Shown here one piece after another: positions 50,811 to 62,100 of a stretch of DNA of 64,000 nucleotides. A program made the position numbers and the translations under genes. Below the pieces are notes generated by a model that was not told the origin of the DNA, made no database searches, and saw only the letters and a program-made list of their open reading frames with translations. Source of the stretch: Marsupella aquatica (Eukaryota; Plantae; Marchantiophyta); contig OZ316898.1 in assembly GCA_973895155.1 (NCBI GenBank), positions 560,751 to 624,750 on the forward strand, written 5' to 3'. The stretch's first letter is position 1. Each line of letters opens with the position of its first letter.

Positions 50811-51010
50811 AAAATGGAGGATCCCAAAGCCAAGAGACCCATTTAGAGGGGAAAAGAAGGGAGAAACACAGGAGAGCCAAATAGGCAGAGAGTCCCCAAT
50901 AAAGGCAAAGAAACTAAAATGGAGGGTCCCAAAGCCACGAGACCCCATTTAGAAGGGAAAACAAGGGAGAACCACAGGAGAGCCAAATAGGCAATAAAGG
51001 CAAAGAAACT
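50811..51010. repeat. 105-bp tandem duplication (plus partial third copy)
   Basis: AAAATGGAGG.TCCCAAAGCCA.GAGACCC..TTTAGA.GGGAAAA.AAGGGAGAA.CACAGGAGAGCCAAATAGGCA...AAAGGCAAAGAAACT at 50811 and 50916. Confidence 0.88.
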
Positions 51011-52124
51011 GAAGCCTACAAAACAGGCAAGGAGAAAAGCCCGAGAGTCCCCATGAAGGCAAAGAAAGTAAAGCTGTACAAAGCATTAACCCAAAAGCCT
51101 GGCTTTTATGTTGATTGTGTGTATTTTTTGAAAGTGCTTACTCTGGAGCTCTACTAGGCATTTCTTTTTTGCTTTGAAAAAATCAATTGAAATTCATTCA
51201 AAAGCCTCTCTACTAGGCATTTCAGTTTGATGCTCAACAGGGCTTTTGTTCTTTGGCCATGGGTGGGGACTTGCTGGCTTTTAGGCTCTTGGGCTTTTCT
51301 GCTCTTTGGTCTTCTTGTGTTTTGTCTTTATCTTCTTCCCTTGATGACATCTCTAGCCTTTGATCCTGTCTCCAGGTTTGGCACTTTTGTACTTTTGCAG
51401 CCTGATATATAGTTGTAAGACTAACATCACAGGTTATCCTACACTGTTGCATGCACAAAATATGTTTGTCTTTTGATCGGCTGGTCCTCTTTCAATTAAA
51501 AGAAAACATGTAAGGAAGAAAGTTTATTCTTATTTTACTTTTTCTTGGGGGGAAACCTCCCTGACAACAGCCCAGGAGAGTTTTAGTTTGATGGAAGGAC
51601 TTTGTGCCAAAGAAGGAGAAGAAAAAGATATAATGATCACAAACCCTTTTTTAACATTGACCTCACGGTTGCCAGCACAATCATACGTAATATGTACCAT
51701 CCATGAAAGATAAGCAACTTTTTTGACTCCTTCTAGTGGAGAAGGGTCTTTTCCAGGTTGTGGGCGTGTCATACTCATGTTGGTTTTTTCCTTCTTTTTC
51801 CTGGTTGTTGGACGGCTATGCGCACAAGGTACTTGTTTCTGTTTTGCTGTTTAGAATGCATGCTTCATGAAAAAGAAGCCTGGATAGATTGGCACGTTAG
51901 TCTGTGAAGCCTAGATGGATTGAGCAGAAGTGGATGGACTGAAGCCAAACACACAAATTTGGTTGGATACTGTTATTTACTATCTTATCAAAAAATTAAT
52001 TCTGTAAGTGCATAAATCTCCAATGACTGCAAGTTTTATTCATTCTCCCACTAATCTTCTTCAAGGAGCATATTACTCCATCCCACCTTTTTAGGGTGCA
52101 ATAAGAAGTAGTGATAAAGTTTAA

Positions 52125-52930
52125 GAGCATCTGCACCAGTGTTTGCCAAAAGGCATCAGGCTTGCAAAAGCATGCTCTTTCCCGGTTGCAGTCATTTTCC
52201 CTATTGCACCCATCATTGCTACCGCTAAACATTTTTCAGGCCACAGGCTATCCTTGTTTGCCGACCACTATATCGGCCTCCTTTGACAGTCTGAAAACCA
52301 CTTTTGGCAGTCCTTGGAAAATCCATCTATGATCTGAAACCTGCCGCTTGTTTGCATCCTACGTGCAAGCAAACCTTCCCGCGTGAATAAGAATTCTGGT
52401 GTGCATACCTACAGGCAGCAGTAGAGCGTGTCGATGCACACATTTTTCCTGTAGCTTTGACAGAGCTTGTGGTCCCATTGGGAGGTCGTGACCAGTACCA
52501 TCAAGAGCTCTGCACTCCGCTCGTGTGTAGGAATGGCCCAATGGACAAGAACTTCAGTCCAGCTGACTTAAAGCAGCTTTGCTACTCCTACTTGGAGATA
52601 TCCCAAGACCCTTAAGTCAGCAATGGGCAAAAGGGAGAGAATTTCTAGGAGAGAGTTTCTGAGCACTACAATGGAAATAGACCCACGGGCCTTGAGTTAA
52701 GATCAGCAAAATCACTTGAGGCCAAATGGGGTGATGTTTGGAAAGCTACCACTTGATTCATTGGTTGCTATCAATAGGTAGAAGACCTGGATATTTCAGG
52801 CACAAATAGTAACAACACCTTCATCAAGGCCAAGAACTCTACAAAACACTACATTCAAATGGGAATGAATTCTTGTTCTCAGTTTGTTACCAAATTCTCA
52901 AGGACTACCCAAGGTGGATGATGCTAGAGG
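52125..52930 (+). mobile_element. Degenerate PIF/Harbinger element: left TIR-like end plus decayed Myb/SANT (NAM-associated) ORF at about 52549-52925
   Basis: TAA|GAGCATCTGCA at 52125 resembles the MITE TIR at 19891. Broken frames NFSPADLKQLCYSYLEISQDP..GQKGENF*ERVSEHYN..RSAKSLEAKWGDVWKATT*FIGCY..SGTN..FSVCYQILKDYPRWM match plant Harbinger Myb/SANT proteins. Right end not found. Confidence 0.75.
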
Positions 52931-54140
52931 ACCAAATGGCAAAGGGGAAGGGAAAACAAAGGTCAGCTGAAGGAGCACCAAGTGGGACTTTGCTGGGGTC
53001 ACAGAGAATTCAGGGTTTAGGGTTCTTAATCCCAATGCAGCATTTATGTCACCTTCTGATTTATTGGGCCCATTTTGCCAGAATTTGGAAGTTGACAATT
53101 GTTAACAATACAATAGAATTTGATTGTATTGGTTGCTTTGTGTTCTGGTTCTGGTTCTTTGGGTTTGTCTTTGTCTTTGTGCCCTGCTGGTCTGTGCCAC
53201 AGGGATCTTTGGAATACATCAGGTTAAGCATCGCCTTAATTTTAAAAGTTAAAATCATAAAAATTAAATGCAATTTGTTTCTGTTGGAGCACACATATAA
53301 GAAAGGAGGTACTCATTAAACAAATATGTAATCCAAGATCAGCGATGTACACAAAGACAAAGGGACCTTGACGAGGTGAACTTCTCACCCCAATCAATGT
53401 TTTGTAACGTGGTAAAAGGTGGGTAGTTGTGTCTTGTGGAGAATCAATGTGGACCCACCAGTAGAATCAACGTCCCTCTACCCCGCTACAAGACAAAACA
53501 ACTAAGATATCTGGTCATCTGGTGGATGATTGTTCAGGAAAGTCCTGCCAAATCCTGTTTCATGGGGACCCTTTGCCAATGATGGAAACACAAACGGATC
53601 AGGAGATGTGAAAAACATGTCAAAATGACAAAAGGAGTTTGATCTCTTGACCGCTTTGACAGGCGACTTCCCTGGCATTTTTGAAAATTGAAACGCAATG
53701 ACCAGCTGACATCCCTGAAACGACAAGAGGTGGGAAACGACGAAAGGAACACTCAATTAAAACAATCATCGAGAAGATGAGTCTTTCATGGCCTACCTCA
53801 AGTCTCACTTGTCCTAGGCAACAAGAGTACTATAGTGGGCCCTACAGATTTACTCACTCAGGTAGTCAGGTACCCACGATCACTGACGATAATAAAGATG
53901 TCTGTATCATATTTTATAATAAATATTGGGCCCATACTGCAGCACAGCAGCAAGGGTACTCATCAGTTTGAATTCATAAATGCTGAAACGACTGAGACCA
54001 ATTGTCCTTCGAGTCAGTACAAACTTACTGTACCCAAATATATGGCGCCAAATCTGGGTACCGTCATGTTGCCGGTCCTCTAGCAAAATGCGCTACATTG
54101 GCATTCCCACGTGACCTTCGGGTCCTCATAAACAGTCAGG

Positions 54141-54299
54141 CAGGTATATTTTGTTCTTTCGATCAATGAATGCAGCCACAGTTTGATGTGTGATTACCAA
54201 CAGGACAGGTATATCATATACTTTTTTCTTTCAATCAATGAATACAGCCACAGTTTGATGTGTGATTACCATTACCAACAGGACAGGTATATCATACAC
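54141..54299. repeat. About 70-bp tandem duplication
   Basis: TCAATGAAT(G/A)CAGCCACAGTTTGATGTGTGATTACCA..ACAGGACAGGTATATCATA occurs twice. Confidence 0.88.
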
Positions 54300-57029
54300 T
54301 TACTCTCTCTAAGTGCACACTCTAGGGGAAAGAAATCCGGTGTGTACTAAATGGGGCTGGGTTTGTACTATATATGTGATAAGTGCAAGCCCATAAACTA
54401 CTGCACTTATTGATAAAAGTGCACCCACTGTTAGTGCAGAGTCTCGTGATTGGCCACCCAAATTGTATATCCTTACCCTGAATTCGGTACCCTATTTGAT
54501 AAGTGCTTTTACTACACTAAAAAAGTACATGCACTTATTAGTAAATGCAATTTGATGGGAGCTTGTGCCACATGTATACTTATCAAGGTTTTGTACTTAT
54601 AATAATGTCCTTTAGCGTGCCTCGTATCCTAAACAATATACTTAGTTTAACCCCTTGAATTTTGGTTTGGAGTGTTGTGATTGATTCTGGAAGGCGCAAA
54701 GCTTCAATTTTTACAATATGACCAATCCACCTTTCAGTGTTTTGTTTTACTAAGAATATTTGTCATATGTTTTTACTTGAATGGGCCATAGGTTGCATCA
54801 CTTGGATTCGTTTAGATTTTAAATTATTTTAGCACCCCTCTATCTTCCTATCCTAGAGCTCTTCTTCCCCTTACATTTAGTTTTCAAAAGAGTGTATTCA
54901 CCCCCTTTAGTAAATTTTATGGAATTTCTGGCAATTCTAGTGAATGAGAGGCATGTGCACTCCTCAAACTTTTATTTGCTAAGCTCATGGTTTTTATTTT
55001 CTTAACCTAAGGCAAAGGAGTATCTTCTGTACCTTATGGGCACAGTTTTTGATTGATCTGAGTGTCATTAAAACAATTGATAATCTGTACCTTATGTGCA
55101 CAATTTCTCCAGACTTGTTTACTTGTACTTTTACTGGTCATTATGTAACATATAAGTTTGTTTGGCGTGTGTGTTAATTTTTCTCACTCAATCTTATCAA
55201 ATATTATATAATACTTATTTCGCATAATTAAAAAATGAAGCATGTTCCAAGATGAACATGCTATTAATTGTGAATGACCCTGGATAAGGTAAGGCACAAA
55301 GCTAAAATTTTCAATTATGGAGGGGGACTTTCCCACTCCGAGTGGCAGTCAGGTTCATCGCAGACCTGGTCTCTTGGGTGAGGATTCTTATGTGTCAATT
55401 TGGGGGAATTGCTGTGGTCTAGGGATTAAGCCACATACTACATAACATTATTGGTAACATTATGGATAAGTGCAATTCCAAACTCTTTTACTACTTATTG
55501 TGGCACATATTGATAGATGCAATGTAGGGGTATATGTTGCACTTATAGAGCTACTGCACTTTATATATTTGTCTTTTAGTGGGTATGCTTTTGCTCATTG
55601 CATTGACAAGACTGATACCCATCCCGTGACATGAAGAGAGGAGACAGAAAACCTCGTAGAAAAAAGTATTCCCCCTTAGTTTTTGCATCTTTGCCCCCAT
55701 CCCTGTTTCACTCTAGAGAGTGTGCCCAGGAAGTAGCTTTTGATGGCGCACTAATAGTTAGGTTTACTACTATATTACTTATAAAAGTGCTATATGGTGA
55801 ATCCATCTTTCAGATTTTGTCTTATTTAGAGTTCTGGTGTCATATATTTTCATTTCAATGTGCCTTATCAAGGGGCAGCCTGTGTATCATATATATTTTA
55901 ATTAATTTATGGACCCCTTTAATTTACATTTTTGTTTAATTTATGTACCCCTTTAATTTTTAGGATTCTAAAGTATTTTGAACTTATTTTGGCAGCCCCC
56001 TTATAAATTTTAATGTTTGTGATTTATTAGAGATGAAATGAATGGTTCCACCACAACATTCTCATGAATGAGAGAGATGATTCTGATTGTGTCTTAAGTT
56101 CCCCTCATGTATTTCTTTCCTAAGTTTATGGTTTTTATTGAAATGGGTGTCAACATTGAATTAAGTGCACACATAGTAGCATCCTAGATTGTACTTTTGA
56201 TTGGTCATTGTGCACCAATCCTTCTAGCTATGTTCCCTTCTAGCTATGTTCTCATATTTTATTTACTTTCAAATCACTACAAGACAAAAACTCAAGCATG
56301 TTCCATGATGAGCATGCTATAAACCATTTTCATGGAAGAAAGTTGGTCTATTTTCTAGGTTGCCATGCTAAATGTCATTTTTCCATAGGTATGTATGGCC
56401 CTATCATGTCTGGTCATGTGGCACTCATGATGACATGCATGTACTTTTTGTAGGCGTATGCATGTGGTCTCAGGAATTTATCTTTCTTGGTAGGGCCTAT
56501 GTTGGGGTTTTAGGGCTTCCAGAAATTACTTGAACCTCCTATGCGGCTAACTCCAACTTTTACCGGGCTTTTTAGTTTGTTTACTCAATCGGCTTTAGTT
56601 CGTTTTGACATTGTTGTTGAGGACTTTTGGACATTTTGGTCTTTCTTGGTTATTTCCTGCTTTTCTCCCTTTATTGGGTCTCCAGTCTTTGAGGTTCAAT
56701 GTCCCCGGCTAGGCATAAGTGCATTGGCTGCGTGATATATATGCATGCATTGTGTGAAATATTGTATAGGTGTATATGGTTTGGAGATTTGAATTACCAT
56801 ACAAGGAGGATTTATCAAACTATAGACCTAAACAGTTCATATATATCTCAAAGTTTGATTTTGTGTCAGCCGATACTATAAGTATATCATCTACATAAAG
56901 AGTTAGTAAAATAAAATCAAAAATTTCATCATTCACTCTCTTCATATATAGATAGTAGTCATGTGCACTTTGAATAAATCCAAGTGACAACATAAAATCT
57001 TTGAATCTCTTGTTCCACTATTTTGGAAT

Positions 57030-58105
57030 CTATTCCAATCTATACAAGGATTTTAACAGCTTACACTTCATATGCTCTTTGCCTCTTTGACATACCCTTT
57101 AGGTTGACTCATGAAGATCACCTCTTCCAACAAACCATATAGGAAAGTTGTGACAACATCCATTGTTTCAGGCAGAGATAAAAATAACGACAAGTGCCAT
57201 GCATAAGCGAAGGGTAGCTTGTGTGATCAGAGGAGATAAGACATCACTGTAGTCCACACCTTTGCATTGTGTGAAACCCTTGGCAGCCAACCTTGCCTTG
57301 TAAATCTTCTTCTCGTGATCACTGCCTCCTTATTTCACCTTCTAGGTGCCAAGTTTTGTTGTCATAGAGTGACTTCATTTTCTTATTCATGGCAGCAATC
57401 CATTCTAGCTTCTCAAGGGAAGCTATGGCCTCTAAATAAGTGGATGGTTCTCCATCCTTCTCAATGATCAACATATTCTTAGAATTGTCAGTATCTTCAT
57501 CATCAATATCCATGTGATCAAATGAAAATCAAGTTTCAAACTGTGTAGGCTCCTTGTGAGGTCTTGATGAAGATCTCCTTGACGATTCTGGTACTTCAAC
57601 AGTTGGTTCTGATGCTTCTGGTATTGATGTTGGCAGTGACACTGGTGCATGAGCATATTCATGCTCAATCTCCCCCTCAATCCTATCAACATTTGGAGTT
57701 TTCATCATTTTCTCTCCTTCTTTCAAAGAGAAAACCTCATTGAACGAGACATCAATGTTGACTTCCAACTTTTGCGCCAAAGGGTCCTGTAGGCGATACC
57801 CTTTTATTCCTTTTTGATAACAAAAAAAATGCACTGCACAAACTTTGGATCAAGTTTAGTGCATGGGATATTTGAGGCAAGAGAGCATAATTATGCCTCA
57901 CAACCAATCAGCAAGTCTTTGGTGCCACATCTCAAAAGGAGTCTTACAACCAATGTTGCTAATTGGAGACAAAATTAGCAAATAAGTTGTCATATTAACA
58001 ACTTCAGCCCAGAAGATATGTGAAAGACTTGCTTGACTTAACATACTCCGCAAACGCTCCAACAAGGTTTTGTTGAACCGTTCTGCAACACCACTTTGCT
58101 ATGGA
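57030..58105 (-). mobile_element. Old, truncated Ty1/copia fragment (integrase C-terminus to RT start)
   Basis: Broken frames GVAERFNKTLLER, YQKGIKGYRLQDP, DVSFNE, DRIEGEIEHE, GEPSTYLEA, YKARLAAKGFTQCKGVDYSDV, with many stops and frameshifts. Confidence 0.85.
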
Positions 58106-59130
58106 GTATAATGGTGGATCTTGCCACCCAGCGCCCTCACCAATCCCCAGCGCCCTCACCAATCCCAGCACCCACGCCTAAGTGCCCTTACTGACCAAAC
58201 GCCTCCACAATACTCCTCGAGCAAGCAACTTGGTGCCCTCAACACCACCTACGACCCCTCCCATACAAAGCCGCACTCATTCCCTAGTGTGACCGTCGCT
58301 CAACGGTCATCATTGTCTGCACAAGGAACCAAACACTCCGGTAAGTAACCCATAAGGATCTAGATCTCTCTAAGTCTAGCGTCCTAACTCAAGCTCGACT
58401 GACATCACTTGGTAAGTAGGTCAGTGATAGGTCCTCCCAATGTCATAAGCCACAACCAAAATTGACACCCACTAATTGTCTAGAACAACTCCTTCCTTGG
58501 GTGCAGCCCGGGTTCCCCCTTGTACCAATCCATCACCAATTGACCGCCCTACACCAGGACATGCTCATGGCCCAATTAGCGTAGCTTGTCCTAATGCTTC
58601 GGAACCAAAATGGCCCCGACTCTAGCGACCAACTCCTGGTTCTCGCCCCGATGATGGTCTAGGAGCTAAGAGCCCTTGGAACTCAACCTCCATGCCTACT
58701 TGGCCTTGCCTCCCCAACGCAAGTTCCCTTGATCGGGGGACTGAAAGCGACTTGGCTGTTGCCCTGGGCCCCCTGTGAACGGACCCCCCCTTGGTACCCC
58801 TTGTTATTATTTTTGAATATTAAAAAATTACCTTGTTATTTAGAAAAACACACATTTTCACAATAATTAATATCCTTTGGATAATTATAAAATTTAGATT
58901 TGAATATTTTTTTATAGCCTTCATTAGTTACATTTTCTTTGTTCAAAGATAATGATTCACAAAAATGAGAACCAAGATAGTTAATGCGATGAAGTATGCA
59001 CTTTATTGAGAACACTATTACTAGAAATAGAAATTACTGGTATATGCCTATTTGACAACATGAGAGAAATAATAAAACACTATTTTTCTAGAACTGAGGA
59101 AATGTAAACTTCTCCAGTTCTCCTACTAAT

Positions 59131-62100
59131 CTAATCACTAGGCTTTTCCTCACTAGACTTCTCCATTTCAGCTACATGCTCACCAGCATGCTCACTTAAG
59201 TAGGTCAATTGTAACGGCCACTCTGCACGCCAAAATATGTGCTTGTAAAAATGAGTCGGCACAGCTGCACGGACTTCTGCAAATTCCGTGACAGGAATAA
59301 CTTCCAATATTCCCTTCACACCCACCTTGGCAGGAAAAATAAAATCGGAAGTCTCTTCACATGAATTACATAGGTCATTATCAACACCACAAACATAACT
59401 TTGGATAACATCATCCCTCATCCTTTTTGACTTTCTGCTCCGCTCTAAATTATTATTGACATTTTGCACACGAAGATCAACCCCAATCTTGGCAGCTTGT
59501 CTCTGTTTTGAAATAGCTCTGCTCTTGTGACCCTTCATCATGCCACTTTTGAGCATATATCTATTCAGTCCTGAATTGACCTGATTCAACACAGCTCAAA
59601 AGGGAGTATCATCAATAGCGATTGTTGTTCTCTAATTACAAGTTGCATTATATATAAATTTTGAGTATATATGAATGAAATGAATGAAACAAGAGAAGTA
59701 GTCGGGGAAGTAGTAGGTTCAAGATGTACCTTCTCTACACAACCTGATTACACAATGTTGTTCCTGACAAAATTGTCCAGAGTAATCACATCATCTGGAT
59801 TTAACAGGAACACAGAAGGATACAGAGAGTCAATTGTAAAATTGACAGTTGATATCACGCAGTCTAAGTCAATGATTTGAGGATCACACACGTTGTAGTA
59901 GAATTTGTGCCTACCAACCCCAATAGGAGTGAACCAATTGAAAACAACTTGACACGCTGCTTCAGAACCAGGCCTATGAAGTAAATCCAAGGCTTCTCTA
60001 GATCTGGCAACACTATTTCCATACTTCCGATGGATGCTTTGCACTCTGCCAATCCACCAAACATATTTTGGCCCAGAAATAGAACATGCTTTAACTGGTT
60101 GACCTCTTGGCCTCTTTGGATTGCTGATAGGATCTTTTGATTTCCCTGCTCGCTTTTTCCCCTTTGCTGTTGTTTGCACAACACTTGTGCTGCGGGTAGT
60201 CCTAACCTGTAGTGTTTCATCAAGAAAAAACACACCACAGTCACTACCAACTGTCATGAACATAGTTGGAACACCTTCCTGATGGTTGGGTTTATCAACT
60301 AAATTGTTGAAGTATATACTCTGCTTCACCCGAGTCAAACGGTCCTTACTCAGATGTGGGTTCCCAGTCAATTGGCTAACTAAAGTACTCTTGTAGATCT
60401 GTCGGTCCTTAAAAGTAACAGTTGGTTTGACATCTACTATTGGCGCACCATACAACAAGTCTGAGTGCATTATGTTCAGTGTGGCCTCAAGTTCAGAGGC
60501 AGCTACCTCTATATCAGGGTCTACCATTCTCTCTATGGAAACTTCAGCTTTAGCAGATGAGGTAGGTGCCTCTCTATCTAGGTTTTGCAAAACTGGTCCA
60601 TCTAATATGGAGACTTCCTCGGACTATGAGATTGGAGCAGATGCAGCTGCTGCAGATTGACCTACAGTAGGACGGGGCCCTACTTCGCCATCCAAAGTAT
60701 CCTGGACATCTACTAGTGAATCCAAATTGATATCACACCAACCACCATACTTCACCCCTTTGGCCTCCACCTTCCAAGGAGATTTCCACCAGGTGATGTC
60801 CCTACAAGAGGTTGAAGGATTCATTTGCAACTCAGTTGCTGTAGTTTGTGCCAACTTTAACCCTTCTTGCAGAACAGTGACAACCTGTGCATCATTCTCA
60901 ATCCTTGTATAGTCTGTTTGGTCTGCCTCACGTTCAGCACCATCCCCCATAGGGTGAAGTTTCATCCAAATGTTACAATGCTTCTTATGGCTCTTCCCCG
61001 CACCCATCATTCCCTCAGCCACATCCATTACAGCCAATCTGTTAAGATTAGTAGCACACTCCACTAATTCTGCCACATCATAGCTCCGCTCATTACCACG
61101 CATACCCCCTACTTTTGAAAAGAATTGCTCACAAGCATCGGATCCCGTTAAAAACAAAGGCACTGGCAAATGCCTAAAATTGTCCCTAAACTGAATTATG
61201 AGAAGGACTACAAAGTGAACAGACATTTGAATGTCTAGAAATGTTTGCATGGGAATGCAATTTCGAGTAAAACTAATAGGCTGTGTGTTGCCCCCCATTG
61301 CATGGTTACCATGAAAGCACCACAGGCACCACAGCCTGAAGAAAAAACCCACTTTTGCACAGAGTAAAATCCTCTCTCGCAATGTGAATTTGGTGTTCAT
61401 GAATATGTCTAAATAATCTGCACATATTCAAAAATACACCTCAGTTCCATGTGAGAGCTCCACCCTTACATCATGCCACAAACGCAACTCTCTTAAGGTG
61501 TCAATGACCTTGCGGTTACAGAATCTCTGTGCACTAGTCCAGTTTTGCCTATCATTCCGGCTTACATCCTCACAGTTCAAGCCATGATCTTCGGGATCAT
61601 ACAAGTCAGACAGATGTTTGATGTGACTATAGTTAGCCACGGCTGCCCCTAATTTCAAAATCCGTGCAGTAGAATCAAGGGGATTCACAAGCTTCTTGCC
61701 GTTGTGAATATAATCTTGATCATGTAGCCCATAGGCATGGATCAATACACCATTGCTGGTCATTGAGTGGGTCAGTTTCCAACCTTCCCATCTCAGGCCA
61801 GCCCGTGGCCCTGCCTCCCCTCTGCCTGTGTAATCTTCCAACATAAGCTTTCTCCTTCGTGCATCCCCATCACTTGCATGGCCTAATATAGGCCCCACAC
61901 TTGCCAGGCAATGAGTAGTCCATAGTGAATTAAGGAAATTCCACTGACTCCTAACCCAAGGAGATTTAAACTTATTACAAGTGGGAATTGCCATTGCACA
62001 TAATCGAGGAAACCCTTCACAAAGAGGGTTCACCACTACACACCTTGCTTGGTGCCCTACCACGGAATTATCAAAAGCATCAATAATATTGTTGAACCCA

